Assembly (NCBI GenBank): GCA_963740355.1
Contig: CAVUDW010000003.1
Coordinates: forward strand, 448,001 to 512,000
Length of the DNA stretch: 64,000 nt
Reading direction: 5' to 3'
Source: an uncultured Gemmatimonadaceae bacterium
Lineage (GTDB): Bacteria > Gemmatimonadota > Gemmatimonadetes > Gemmatimonadales > Gemmatimonadaceae
Each line of letters begins with the position of its first letter. The stretch's first letter is position 1. Below the pieces are notes generated by a model. That model saw nothing but the letters and a program-made list of their open reading frames with translations, was not told the origin of the DNA and did not search any database. This document shows, in pieces, positions 10,561 to 26,007 of this stretch. The position numbers and the translations under genes are program-made.

Positions 10561-11891
10561 GGGCGCTCCGTCTGTGTCACGAGCCGTTGGGCGGCAATCG
10601 CCGTCCAGAGGGTCGCGAGATCATCGATGTACTGCGTCATCACGTCACGGGCGTTGCGTCGCGCCTCCAGCACACTCGGGAGCGGCGCCGCCCCTTCGCG
10701 ATACGCCTGCACCGCGAGCGCGGCGACGCGCTCGGCGGTCGTCAGCAGGCGTGCATCCCGTTCAACGCGCGCCTCGGCGGCCGTCCGATCCCGGGTCGCG
10801 CGGGCGATCTGGCGCTGCGATTCGAGCGTGACGACCGCCAGGGCGGCCTGTGCACGCGCGCGCTCCGCCTCCGCTGCCTGCACGACGCCAGCGTTGCGTC
10901 CCGGGAATGGGATGGGGAACGCAACCCCAACCGTCGGCAGGCGCTGGGTCTGCGCACCGGTCGGATCACCCTGCTCGAAACCCGCCGTGAGACTTGGCGT
11001 GCCGAATCGCGACCGCTTCTCCAGCGCCACCTGGGCCTCGGCCGCTGATACGGACGCGGCGGCTGATGTGACGCGGAGGGGCGCGCCGTTGCTCGGCCTC
11101 GGTGCAGCGATGACCGGCACGCCGAGCGTGTCGGCCAGGCTGATGCGAAGCGTGTCGGCCGGTTCGCCGATCAGCGTCTGCACGTCGAGGAGCGCACTGA
11201 TTGCTGCGATGGAATCGCCCGCCGCCACGTTGGCCTGCTGTCCCGCGACGATGGTGGCGAGCTGCACGTCGAGTTCACTGGCGTCGCCGGCGTCGCGGCG
11301 TGCTTCTGCGATACGTCGCAGGCTGTCCGCGTCAGCCGCGTTGCGTCGGGAGAGCGTGGCGCGCGAGGCCGCCGCGAGCGCCCGCGTGTACGCGGTGTCC
11401 GCATCAAACGCGATGCTCGCACGATTGTAGGCAAACTGACCGCGCGCGGCGCGTTGCATGGCGCGCGCCACCGCGAGCCGGCGACTGCGCAGCAGCGCAC
11501 CATCCATCGGCAGTTCGCCGATGATGTGATACTGCGGAGAGGATTGGGTGTAGCTCGCCTGCAGGTTCGGCTGAAATCGCACACCTGCCGTGCGGTAGTC
11601 GGCGGCGGCGCGGGCGGTATCCGCGGCGATGAACGCGACCAATGGTCCACGCGTCACCGCGGCGGCGACCGCGTCGAAGCGGGACACTGGTCGCTGGGCC
11701 TGCGCCGAGGCGGTCACGAGACACACCAGGAGCGCACTCGCGAATCTCGCTCGAGGAATACGGTGGCCTGCGGCGCGATTCGCACGGTCGCCGACCATGT
11801 GCCCGTCTGAAGCCAACGGCCGCGTGTGCCGACGCATCAGCAGACGCCACGTCATCTGAACGAGTCGGCGCCGCGACGCGAGCTGCCGCAT
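10557..11891 (-). CDS. TolC-family outer-membrane efflux protein (start uncertain)
   Basis: Helical OEP repeats (RRDAGDASELDV, AYREGAAPLPSVLEAR); coupled to the adaptor gene. Confidence 0.85.
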   Translation of the reverse strand: MRQLASRRRLVQMTWRLLMRRHTRPLASDGHMVGDRANRAAGHRIPRARFASALLVCLVTASAQAQRPVSRFDAVAAAVTRGPLVAFIAADTARAAADYRTAGVRFQPNLQASYTQSSPQYHIIGELPMDGALLRSRRLAVARAMQRAARGQFAYNRASIAFDADTAYTRALAAASRATLSRRNAADADSLRRIAEARRDAGDASELDVQLATIVAGQQANVAAGDSIAAISALLDVQTLIGEPADTLRISLADTLGVPVIAAPRPSNGAPLRVTSAAASVSAAEAQVALEKRSRFGTPSLTAGFEQGDPTGAQTQRLPTVGVAFPIPFPGRNAGVVQAAEAERARAQAALAVVTLESQRQIARATRDRTAAEARVERDARLLTTAERVAALAVQAYREGAAPLPSVLEARRNARDVMTQYIDDLATLWTAIAAQRLVTQTERP

Positions 11892-12868
11892 CAGAACCGC
11901 ACGGAGAGTGCGAGGCCGGTTTGTCCTGCGGGTGCGGCGGAGACCGAGGCCGACATCGTTGGTCCGTGACCGGACGGCAGGAACACGCGGTCGATCCAGT
12001 TGTCGGGTGAGGCGTGCTGACGACGCACCACCGCCATCCCGCTGAGCGTACCAACGCCGGCACCGAGCATCACGTCGCTCAGCCAGTGCTTGTCGTTGTA
12101 GACGCGTGACGCACCAACGAGCGCCGCGGCGGCGTAGGCGATGGGCGCGATGTAGCGGGCGTGCCGCGGCCAGCGGTGGCGCGATTCACCGGCGAGCACC
12201 GCGGCCACGGCGAATGCGGCGGTGGTGTGCCCTGATGGAAACGATTGGTATGCTCCACCACCTCGGAAGCCACGCCCTAAGCCGAAAGAACCCGGCATCG
12301 AGTCGCCGACGGCGTACGGGCGTGCGCGACCGAACGCCCCCTTGAGCACGGATGTGAGCACCGCGCTCGTGACAATCGCGCCCGTCGCGTGCAATCCCAC
12401 ATCCGCCACCGTCCGGTTGTGCAACAGCACGCCGGTGCCGTATGCCCCGAGACTGAGCACGACGGTCCCTGGATCACCGAGCTCTCGGAAGAACGCTGCG
12501 GTCCGTCGCACCGCCGGAGGACGCTGCCACTCCGTCTCCTGCGCCTCGCGCGCTAGCGACCCGTCGAACGGGCTCGCAACAGCAGCGGCGAGGATGAACG
12601 CACCGGTCGTCAGGAGTTCGCGTCGTGTCACGAGCGCGTGTGACGAGTCCCACACCACGGCGACGTGGGGCTGAGGGCCCGTTGGGCCGCGACCGGGCTG
12701 GCGACAACCAGCGTAACGCAACACAGGGTGAGCGAAATTGGGAGGCGCACGACGCGGACGACAGGGGTGATGGCGCCAGCCGCGCGCAGTGCCGCAGCGA
12801 CGGGTAACCGGGCTCCGACCAGAGCTCTGCCGCTGGATCGTAGTCCGCGAAGATGACTGCCGGATCAC
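11891..12868 (-). CDS. PAP2-family phosphatase (5' end probably frameshifted)
   Basis: KGAFGRARP, SFPSGHT, SRVYNDKHWLSDV. A signal-peptide-like stretch (ISLTLCCVTLVVASPVAAQ) lies in another frame near 12680-12740. Confidence 0.85.
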   Translation of the reverse strand: MIRQSSSRTTIQRQSSGRSPVTRRCGTARGWRHHPCRPRRAPPNFAHPVLRYAGCRQPGRGPTGPQPHVAVVWDSSHALVTRRELLTTGAFILAAAVASPFDGSLAREAQETEWQRPPAVRRTAAFFRELGDPGTVVLSLGAYGTGVLLHNRTVADVGLHATGAIVTSAVLTSVLKGAFGRARPYAVGDSMPGSFGLGRGFRGGGAYQSFPSGHTTAAFAVAAVLAGESRHRWPRHARYIAPIAYAAAALVGASRVYNDKHWLSDVMLGAGVGTLSGMAVVRRQHASPDNWIDRVFLPSGHGPTMSASVSAAPAGQTGLALSVRF

Positions 12869-13035
12869 CGCGCCTGCGCGTCTGCCAAGGCTGAGGCGCT
12901 GCCCTGATGCTCGACCGCCGTGATCCTGCCGTCATCTCGGCTCACGTATGCTTGCCCCACACAGGCGCAGCGCATCGCCGCAGATCGCTCTGTGGGCGTG
13001 CGGCGCAACTCACTCATGCTCTGGGGACTCAGACG

Positions 13036-13476
13036 ATGCACACCCTCCGCCTCGATGGCACACTGCACGCGCTCCGGCATGTGATCGCACGCTCGGCGCT
13101 CACCATGGCATTGACTGCCGCACTCACGTCCGCAGCGCATGCCCAGCGCACACCGGGCACGGGTCCGATGAAAGAGGACCGCAAGGGTCAGCTGGCGATG
13201 GCGAGAGTCTCACCGGATTCCGCACGTCGTCTGGCGCGTGCCCGCGTCGCCGGCGCTAGCATCGCCGAGGAGGGGATCGAACAGGAGAACGGCAAGCTGG
13301 TCTACTCATTCGACATGCGGACGCCGGGCCGCTCCGGCATCGACGAGGTGCTGGTCGACGCGATGTCGGGCGCGATCATCTCGGTGGCGCACGAAGGTCC
13401 GAGGGAGGAGGCTGCGGAGCGTGCGCAGGATGCGCGGGAACGCCGCGCGCGCCGGGATTCGGTACGAAAGCCCTGA
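13036..13476 (+). CDS. PepSY-domain exported protein
   Basis: Signal peptide ..AAHAQ and the PepSY pattern IEQENGKLVYSFDM...EVLVDAMSGAII. Confidence 0.8.
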   Translation: MHTLRLDGTLHALRHVIARSALTMALTAALTSAAHAQRTPGTGPMKEDRKGQLAMARVSPDSARRLARARVAGASIAEEGIEQENGKLVYSFDMRTPGRSGIDEVLVDAMSGAIISVAHEGPREEAAERAQDARERRARRDSVRKP

Positions 13477-13564
13477 GATCCACACGCTGATGCGACCCTC
13501 GCTGCGGCGCAACGAGGTGACGCAGGTCGGCGAGCGGCGATGAAACGCACATCGTGCGGTACGC

Positions 13565-15417
13565 CTACGGCCTGGCCGCAGCGCCGGGAGCCGGGCCCGG
13601 CTCTCGGACCACGCGCGGCATGCCGTCCTCCCACGGGCTGTCCGTGAGCGGCCGCTTCCCTGACCCATCGGCATTCATGACGAAGATCCCACCGTAGGGT
13701 TGGAACGTGTTGTCGTAGAGCGACGCCTCGTCCTTGAACCCGTACATTCCGCTGTTCCACAGCAGCTGCTTCCCATCGGCGCTCCAGACACCGTGCGCGT
13801 CGTTGGATGGGCTCGTCGTCAGGCGGCGCAGCCCAGTGCCGTCCGGGCGGATGGTGAAGATGTCGAAGTTGTTCTGCTCATGGCGCCGGGTGAACGTGAT
13901 CAGCGACCCGTCGGGTGACCAGAATGGGAGGTTGTCGTACTCGGTGGTGAGCGTGCGTGTCGACGAATCGCGCAGATTCAGGACGCGCAGCCCCCACGTC
14001 GTGCCACCCCAGACGCGGTACACCAGCTGCGTGCCGTCAGGGGACCAGCTCGGGAAGCCCGCGTTGAGTGTGTCGCCGGTGAGACGCGCGCAACTCGCTC
14101 CCGTCGCGCCGCATCAGCATCAGCTTCGCCGATTGCGTCTTGCGGGCCTGCAGGTAGCCACCGACGCCGAAGGCAATCCACTGCCCATCGGGCGACCACG
14201 TCGGGGCGAAGGCCGCCCCCTGCGCCACCGTGAACACTCGGCGCTTGTTCGACCCGTCGGCCGCCATGACGGAGATGGTGCCATCCGACGCGGCCTTCTC
14301 CGTCAGCACCAGCGTGCCGTCACTCGCCTGCACGGGAAAGACGTCGGTGTAGCGGTACTCGAAGTCTGCATCCCAGCTGTAGAGCGGCGTGTTCTGGGCG
14401 CGCGGACTGAAGTCCACCGTTTCGTACACGACACGCGCACCGTCTGGCGACCACGCGGGCGACCGGAGCGCACGCTGGAATCCGCCGCGTGTTACGCGTC
14501 TGCGCGACCCCCACGGTCGGCCCGGACTTAACCAGGTAGGCGATGTTCGTTGCGTCGAGAAACTGCGGCGCGACCTTCAGTCCCGGTCCCGTGGTCTCCA
14601 CTTGCCGCACGTTCGTCGCGAGCGTGACGGAGACGATCTGTGACGTCGCGCCGGACCCAATGCCCGGGCGCAGTCGTGCGAACCACGTCTCTTCGACGGG
14701 GAGTTCATAGAAGACCAGACGCGTACCGTCAGCCGACCACTTCGGCGAGCCGGCCGCCACGCCCGACGCCGTGATCTGTCGTAGCCCTGTGCCGTCAGGG
14801 TGCACGATGTAGATCGACGACTCCTGCACATGCTCCCACCCTGACCCGTTGCCGTGTCCGCGCCACTCGGTGTTGCGGTCGGAGGAGAACGCAATCCACC
14901 GACCGTCCGGGGACCACGACGGGCGCAGGAACGCGTGGGGCTTCGTCGTGTCACCCTGGATCGCGCGACTCGTCGTCACACCACGCACCGCACGGGTGCG
15001 CAGGTTCATGATCCAGATGTTCGCCGTGCGTGCGCCACGCGTGGACACGAACGCCAGCTGTGTCCCGTCAGGTGACAAGGCCGCCTGGTCATCGAGTGCC
15101 GGGCTGTCCGTCAGCCGCTCGAGTCCCGTGCCGTCGGAACGGACTCGATAGATGTCCGCTTGGCCGCTGCGAGGACGCTCGGAGGTGAACACGATCCAGC
15201 GCCCGTCGTGTGACCACGAGGCGTGGTAGTCGAAGCTCGAGTCCGCGAACAGCCGACGCTCACCGGACCCGTCGGCGTTCGCGATGTGCAGCGTGGACGC
15301 CGATGGACCGATACGGTTCATCAGCATCACACCGGGCTGTGCATGCGCGTGTGTCGACGCGACGACGGACAGCAGCACGACGAAGAGCGGGACGAAGCGG
15401 AAGCGTAGCAGCGTCAT
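13565..15417 (-). CDS. TolB-like PD40-repeat exported protein, about 2 frameshifts
   Basis: Many WSPDG/PD40 repeats across ORFs 14320-15417, 14037-14429 and 13565-14023; N-terminal signal peptide. Confidence 0.85.
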
Positions 15418-15518
15418 GGCGATGGCTCGGCAGCGAGTCTGTCGGTGATGGATCAGCAGGCGTTCCTCTGCATGGTGAGCGTATTACCTCATTCAGCCGC
15501 CGGCAGCCCGTCATGGTG

Positions 15519-15547
15519 TGAGCGGCACCTGGATGTGACGAATGGCA
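15519..15547 (-). promoter_or_regulatory. Putative LytTR-type direct-repeat boxes upstream of the PD40 gene
   Basis: Minus-strand TGCCATTCG and TGCCGCTCA at a 20-bp period, similar to the boxes at 30471-30656. Confidence 0.4.
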
Positions 15548-15794
15548 TCCCGGCCATGCCGAGCACAGGCCATCGGTGCCGCGCGGACGCCACCCCACCC
15601 CCGGGCGCCGCACCCACCGACACCATCGAGGTGCCGTTCACGCTGCCCAGGTGCGATTGGCACGGCACCGCTGGCGCGCAGCCCCGGCTCCACGATTGCT
15701 TTCAATCTAAGGCCAGTCTGCTCACGGCCACATCGACCACCTGCGCCCCCGCCACATCGTGCGTGCCCCACCTTCGGCGACCATCGCTGCGACG

Positions 15795-17024
15795 ATGAAT
15801 GCGTCGACTGAGCCTTCGGTCGACTCGCGTGGTTCGGAGCGCGAACCGCTCCGCCTCGTCGAAGTTGCGGTGGTCTGCGCCGTGTGGGCGTTCTTCGCCG
15901 TCCTCAACCTGCTGTTCGTCGCCTTCACGACGCGCGATGGCGACGCGGGCAGGGGCGGCATCTCGCTCGTCACCGAAGGACGCCACGTCATCCTGCCCAC
16001 GGTGTGGGCCCTGCTCACGATTGTCGTACTCTGGTCGAGTCGGTATGTCCGCCTCGACCGTGCCTTCTGGCGGCAACGTGCACTCGTCGTCATCGGCGTC
16101 TCCGTGATCATCGCCTTCGGCACCGACCTGATCACCGACGCGCTGTGGGATGCCATCGTGCCAGCGTCCATTGAAGATGGGCGTAACACCATCTCCCGAC
16201 GCTTTCGCCCTGGCATTGCCAATTTCAGCTGGCTCGATGACCTCGGAGTCTTCTGGGCCGCGGTCGCCATCGCGTCAGCGCGCGGCTACGTCCTCCGAGA
16301 GCGGGAGCGGCGCCACGCCGAACGCCGTCACACCGAGGCTCTGCGCGCGGAAGCGGCGCAATTGCAGATGCAGCTGGTGGCGGCGCGACTGGATGCACTC
16401 CAGCGGCAGATGGACCCGCACTTCCTGTTCAACACCCTCAATGCCGTCTCGGCGCTCGTCGAGCGGGACCCGCACGGCGTGCGCCAGATGGTCGCGGAGC
16501 TGAGCGACTTGCTGCGGCACAGCATGAGCGCCACCACGGTTCCCGAAGTGCCGCTGCGCGAGGAGCTCGCCCTGCTCGAGCGCTACACCAGCATCATGCA
16601 GATTCGCTTCGCCGAGCAGCTGCGCCTGGTGATGCGCGTCGACGACGATACGCTCGATGCCATCGTACCCAACCTGATTCTGCAGCCGCTGGTGGAGAAT
16701 GCGATTCGCCATGGCGTCGAACACCGTGCCGACGGCGGCCAGATCATCGTCGAGGCACTACGGGATGGCGGGCAACTCGTCCTGCGCGTCCATGATGAGG
16801 GCCCGGATTTGTCGGGAGCACAAGCGGTGACGTCGCCGCGGTCCGATGGTGGCGTCGGACTCCGGAACACCGCATCGCGCCTGACGGCGCTGTATGGTGA
16901 TGCACAGGCTTTGACGCTCACCGCGATTCCAGTTGGCGGGACGGTCGCGGAGATTCGCCTGCCGTTCCGGACGCACGCGCGCCCCAGCGAATTCGCCTCC
17001 CGTTCGGAGACAGGGCATGCCTGA
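15795..17024 (+). CDS. LytS/YehU-family sensor histidine kinase
   Basis: TM region, QMDPHFLFNTLN, EVPLREEL, LQPLVENAIRHG, GVGLRN. Confidence 0.93.
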   Translation: MNASTEPSVDSRGSEREPLRLVEVAVVCAVWAFFAVLNLLFVAFTTRDGDAGRGGISLVTEGRHVILPTVWALLTIVVLWSSRYVRLDRAFWRQRALVVIGVSVIIAFGTDLITDALWDAIVPASIEDGRNTISRRFRPGIANFSWLDDLGVFWAAVAIASARGYVLRERERRHAERRHTEALRAEAAQLQMQLVAARLDALQRQMDPHFLFNTLNAVSALVERDPHGVRQMVAELSDLLRHSMSATTVPEVPLREELALLERYTSIMQIRFAEQLRLVMRVDDDTLDAIVPNLILQPLVENAIRHGVEHRADGGQIIVEALRDGGQLVLRVHDEGPDLSGAQAVTSPRSDGGVGLRNTASRLTALYGDAQALTLTAIPVGGTVAEIRLPFRTHARPSEFASRSETGHA

Positions 17025-17871
17025 CCGGGCGAACATCCCCCATCCGCCCGTGCGCGTCCTGGTGGTCGACGACGAACGGCTGGCGCGCGTTCGCCTCGAA
17101 GATTTGCTGCGCCGAGAACGGGACGTAGACATCGTGGGTCTGGTCAATCACGGCGGTGCAGCGGTGGAGGCCATTCGGCGCCTGCGGCCGGACATCGTAT
17201 TTCTCGACGTCCAGATGCCGGTGATGTCAGGTATTGATGTGCTTCATGCCCTGAGCCCCGCGGAGGTGCCCATCGTCGTCTTCGTCACTGCGTTCGACCA
17301 GTACGCGGTGCAGGCCTTCGATCAAGCGGCGGTCGACTACCTGCTCAAGCCGTTCAGCGACGCGCGGTTCGATGAAGCGCTGCGCCGCGCCCGGCGTCAG
17401 GTGGCGCTTGCCGAACTCGACGCCCATCGCGCGGCCCTGGTTGCCGCCCTGACGCGGTTCCGGCCGCCCGAGGGGGCGGAGGCCGGTGCTGGTGACTCGG
17501 AGCCCGCCACAGCCGTGCCAGCACCCGCCGTCACCTACGTCGAGCGCATCCCGGTCGAGATGCGGGGGAAGGTCATGTCGGTGCCGGTCAGCCGGCTCGA
17601 CTACGTCACCGCCAGTGGTTCGTACGCGGAGCTCCATGTCGGTGACCGCACCTACCTGATCCGCGAGTCGATGCAGGCGCTCGAGGCACGACTCGATCCG
17701 GCGCTGTTCCTTCGGGTGCACCGCTCCGTGATTGTCCGCCTCGCACTCGTCGAGGTGCTGCACCGGTCGGGGGGCGGCGACTACGAGGTGCAGCTGAAGA
17801 CCGGTCTCAGGCTGCCGGTGAGCCGGTCCCGGCACACCGCGCTGGAGCGGTGGCTCGGGCTGTCGCGCTGA
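17017..17871 (+). CDS. LytTR-family response regulator
   Basis: VVDDERLAR, FLDVQMP, FVTAFD, DYLLKP and the LytTR end FLRVHRS..LPVSRS. Confidence 0.94.
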   Translation: MPDRANIPHPPVRVLVVDDERLARVRLEDLLRRERDVDIVGLVNHGGAAVEAIRRLRPDIVFLDVQMPVMSGIDVLHALSPAEVPIVVFVTAFDQYAVQAFDQAAVDYLLKPFSDARFDEALRRARRQVALAELDAHRAALVAALTRFRPPEGAEAGAGDSEPATAVPAPAVTYVERIPVEMRGKVMSVPVSRLDYVTASGSYAELHVGDRTYLIRESMQALEARLDPALFLRVHRSVIVRLALVEVLHRSGGGDYEVQLKTGLRLPVSRSRHTALERWLGLSR

Positions 17872-17877
17872 TATCCG
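17777..17877 (+). repeat. 101-bp direct repeat, copy 1 (3' end of the LytTR gene)
   Basis: Matches 33771-33871 with 5 mismatches by manual alignment. Confidence 0.92.
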
Positions 17878-18027
17878 CGCGCCACGATGCCGGCCCCTCC
17901 AATGTGCGATTTCAACCGGCGCTTTTTTACACTCTCAAATCAGCACTGACTGCGCTCCGCAATTCAGAACAAAACGAACGTGCGATTGCTGCCACGTCGC
18001 AGACCGTGCCGACCGCCCGCGGCGCCG

Positions 18028-18645
18028 TCAGCGCGCTCCGAGCTCCTGCTGCGCGTGACGCAGGACCTGCGCGGCGCCAGAAAGCGAGAGCACTCCCATG
18101 ATCATCGCCACCGCGATGTCGGGCCAGCCCTGTCGCGTCGTGAAGACACCGGCGGCGGCCGCAACGACGGCGATGTTGCTGATGGCGTCGTTGCGCGAGC
18201 AGATCCACACCGACCGCATGTTCGAGTCACCGGTCCGGTAGCGATACAAGAGCAGCGCGACACACACATTGGTGGCGAGCGCGATCAGTCCGATCACGGT
18301 CATGACCATCGGTTCCGGCACACGTCCGCTGGCGGCGACGTAGACGGCGTGTGCAATGACCCAGATGCCGAACGCCCCCATCGTTGCCGCTTTGACGACG
18401 GACGCACGCGCCCGGATCGACACGGCGGATGCCAGGACGAACAGACTCAGGCCGTAGTTCGCCGCATCGCCGAGAAAATCGAGCGAATCGGCCTGCAGCG
18501 CGGACGAACCCGCCTCGAGTCCGCCGACCAGCTCAACGACGAACATGATCGCGTTCACGACGAGGGCGATCCAGAGCGCGCGGCGATACAGCGGGGTCGC
18601 CGCGGTCGCCGTGCCACACTCTGGTCCCTGACAGCATGCGCTCAC
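18028..18645 (-). CDS. Cation diffusion facilitator (CzcD-like) transporter with a Cys-rich N-terminus
   Basis: SSALQADSLDFLGDAANY and SVWICSRNDAISN. GGAGG RBS precedes GTG 18645 (VSACCQGPEC). Confidence 0.88.
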   Translation of the reverse strand: MSACCQGPECGTATAATPLYRRALWIALVVNAIMFVVELVGGLEAGSSALQADSLDFLGDAANYGLSLFVLASAVSIRARASVVKAATMGAFGIWVIAHAVYVAASGRVPEPMVMTVIGLIALATNVCVALLLYRYRTGDSNMRSVWICSRNDAISNIAVVAAAAGVFTTRQGWPDIAVAMIMGVLSLSGAAQVLRHAQQELGAR

Positions 18646-18708
18646 TGAGCCTCCGTCGCCTCGACGCCATGTGTGCCGCAACCACAACCTGGTCACGCGG
18701 GCATCAGG

Positions 18709-18742
18709 AAAGAAAAACGCGGCTCCGGTTCATGGAGCCGCG
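18709..18742 (-). terminator. Intrinsic terminator
   Basis: 9-bp stem CGCGGCTCC/GGAGCCGCG (18718-18742) followed on the minus strand by TTTTTCTTT. Confidence 0.7.
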
Positions 18743-18780
18743 CAGTTCACATTCGTTCCGGCTGCGTCCCTGCACGCGTG

Positions 18781-19052
18781 CGGGGACAAAACGTATCCAA
18801 AAACATATCCGCCCTGCAAAATCGTTGGATACGTCGACCGCCTTAACTCACTTCATTCCAACGGGTTATCCCCATCGGGACGACAGGATTCGAACCTGCG
18901 ACCCCCTGAACCCCATGCTCCGGGTCGGTAGCGCAACCCGTTGCAGTACAGGGGGTTAAGGCCGGAAAATGCGGGTACGTTCCGCCGATTCAGGGGGTTG
19001 CTGGCTCGTGGGGGACAGGTTCGGGGACAAAACGTCGCCGGAAACGTCGCCA
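18781..19052. mobile_element. Integrative-element attachment region (att core plus IHF-like and arm-like repeats on both flanks)
   Basis: CGGGGACAAAACGT at 18781 and 19022; GGGGAC at 19011/19023; AACGTCGCC at 19031/19043; inverted ACGTATCCAA (18791)/TTGGATACGT (18825); CAA-N4-TTR cores at 18859 and 18934. Confidence 0.72.
18875..18916 (-). tRNA. 3' half of tRNA-Pro(GGG), a non-functional fragment serving as att core
   Basis: Minus strand ATGGGGTTCAGGGGGTCGCAGGTTCGAATCCTGTCGTCCCGA gives anticodon loop, T-arm and 3' acceptor strand. The D-arm, 5' acceptor strand and CCA are absent. Confidence 0.9.
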
Positions 19053-19091
19053 CCGAAAATGAAGATACTCGCCTCCGTCAGCCCGCTGCCA

Positions 19092-20512
<1,421 letters not shown>

Positions 20513-20553
20513 TCAGGGCTGAATGATTACGGTGGTCCTGCGAAGATGTCCGC

Positions 20554-21687
<1,134 letters not shown>

Positions 21688-21825
21688 ACCAGCTCCTGCA
21701 TATCGGTGAAATGGACGCGTATCGAATTCTGTATACCGGCGGTCACGACGGGCGACTCGCGCACGCGCCGCCACCCTCGAGTCGAACATGGCGCCCGCGC
21801 GGCATCGCGAAAATGCCTCACCGGG

Positions 21826-21877
21826 CGAACCGCTCATCGACGGCGCGAACGACCCGTGCATGGTGATGAACGGCCGT
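21826..21877 (-). promoter_or_regulatory. Putative LytTR boxes upstream of the Tat-AKR gene
   Basis: Minus-strand GGCCGTTCA, GGTCGTTCG and TGAGCGGTTCG at 21/20-bp spacing. Confidence 0.5.
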
Positions 21878-21901
21878 CGCGCAGCGCGTGCGAACGCCGC
21901 G

Positions 21902-22734
21902 TCACGTGCGACCCAGACGCCGCTCCAACGCCTCGCGTCGTGATCGGCCGACGGGCAAGCGCACCCCACCCTTGAGCTGCACTTCGTAGTCGCTTCCCTC
22001 GTTACGCAACAGCGAGTCCACGAGCGACAGCCGCACGATGGCCGAGCGATGTACCCGAACGAACTCCGCCGGATCGAGCCGCTCCTCGAGGTGCTGCATC
22101 GACTCACGGAGCAGATAGCGCTGTCCGGCGGCATGCAACTCCACGTACTGGCCGCTGGCCAGCACGTATTCCACCTGCGCCACCGGCACCACGCGCAACT
22201 TGCCGCGCATGTGCACGGCGATCCGCTCAAGGTACCGCACCGGTTCTGATGAGGTGGACGACGGTTGTGGCGCGCCGGCCTCCGCAGCGGACGGCTGCGC
22301 CTGCAGCAACGCCATCAACTGCTCATGCAACCGCTCGCGCCCGTCGCTCGCCACGCGTCGCCGGGCGCGTCGCATCGCTTCCTCGAAGCGCTCATCGCGA
22401 AACGGCTTCACGAGGTAATCCAGCGCAGCGCTGTCAAAGGCGTCCAGCGCATACTGGTCGTACGCCGTGACGAACACGGTCGCCGGCATCTGCGCCGCGC
22501 CGATGGTCTGCACCACGTCGAGCCCCGTCATGCGCGGCATCTGCACATCGAGGAACACGAGATCGGGATACAGTGCCCGGATCGCCTCCACCGCCGCCGC
22601 ACCGTCCACGGCCGTGCCCACCACGTCCACGTCGGGTTCCGCCTCCAGCAGGTCGAGCACGCGCTGCCGGCCCAGTGGCTCATCATCCACCACGAGCACG
22701 CGAAGCCGCGGCGTCTCCGGCCCACCCCGCCCCG

Positions 22735-22738
<4 letters not shown>
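21902..22738 (-). CDS. LytTR-family response regulator
   Basis: VVDDEPLGR, FLDVQMP, DYLVKP, FVRVHRS, LPVGRSR. Confidence 0.94.
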
Positions 22739-25106
<2,368 letters not shown>

Positions 25107-25110
25107 TTAG

Positions 25111-25938
25111 TCAGCGCTGAGCGCGGAACACATCGCGCGCCACACCAACTGCCGTGATGGCGTTCGGCCAGCCGGCGTAGAACGCCATCTGCGTGATGGT
25201 CTCGACCAGCTCCTCCTGCGTCACGCCGTTCTGCAAGGCGAGTGCGAGGTGCGACCGGAGCTGGTCGGGACGGTTCATGGCGATCAGCGCGCTGACGGTA
25301 GCGAGACTGCGGTCACGACGCGACAGGCCGGGCCGCGCCCAAACGTCGCCGAGCAACACGCTATCGGTGAGAGTAGCGAGCTTCGGTGCGACGTCGCCCA
25401 TGAGCTGTTGGGCACGCGAGGGTGCGGCGCTCGGCGATGTACCCTGAGCCTCCGCACGCATTCGTGCGTTGAATTCCGCGTCGCTCACCGGCTCCATCCA
25501 CTGCGTCGAGGCGGCGTCGCCCTGCTCGACGATGGCGATGTGCGTCATCGCTGATGCAGGCGCGGCGCCATGCCAGTGCTTCACGCCTGGCGCAATGCGC
25601 ACGACATCGCCCGTCCGGATCTCCTGCGCAGTCTCGTCCCACCGCTGCACGCGCCCCACGCCTGAGGTCACGATCAGCACCTGACCGAGTGCATGCGAGT
25701 GCCACGCCGTGCGCGCACCAGCGTCGAACGACACCGAGGCGGCGTACGCACGCGTCGCCGTCGTCGGACCGAAGAGTGATTCGACACGCGCCGCACCGGT
25801 GAAGTTCGGCGCCGGCGCGACGGACGTCTCCCGTGTGCCGGCACGACTGATCGTCACGCCACGCGTCTCCTGCGCCACGACGGGGCTGACGCCAGCCAGG
25901 CTTGCCAGGAGGGCGACCGTGATGGTGACTCTGTTCAA
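25111..25938 (-). CDS. Cupin plus carboxymuconolactone decarboxylase (CMD) fusion with signal peptide
   Basis: GARTAWHSH and GVKHWHGA, then a CMD domain (GDVWARPGLSRRDRSL..AFYAGWP). Confidence 0.88.
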   Translation of the reverse strand: MNRVTITVALLASLAGVSPVVAQETRGVTISRAGTRETSVAPAPNFTGAARVESLFGPTTATRAYAASVSFDAGARTAWHSHALGQVLIVTSGVGRVQRWDETAQEIRTGDVVRIAPGVKHWHGAAPASAMTHIAIVEQGDAASTQWMEPVSDAEFNARMRAEAQGTSPSAAPSRAQQLMGDVAPKLATLTDSVLLGDVWARPGLSRRDRSLATVSALIAMNRPDQLRSHLALALQNGVTQEELVETITQMAFYAGWPNAITAVGVARDVFRAQR

Positions 25939-26007
25939 TGTAAATCTCCCGTGATCACTCGACCACGAATGCCGCGTGCGTCAGTCATCCTCACGACACC
26001 ACCATCC

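Noticed and set aside
18875..18950. Intact tRNA-Pro gene
   Set aside because: The sequence 5' of the anticodon loop cannot form the anticodon stem, D-arm or acceptor stem.
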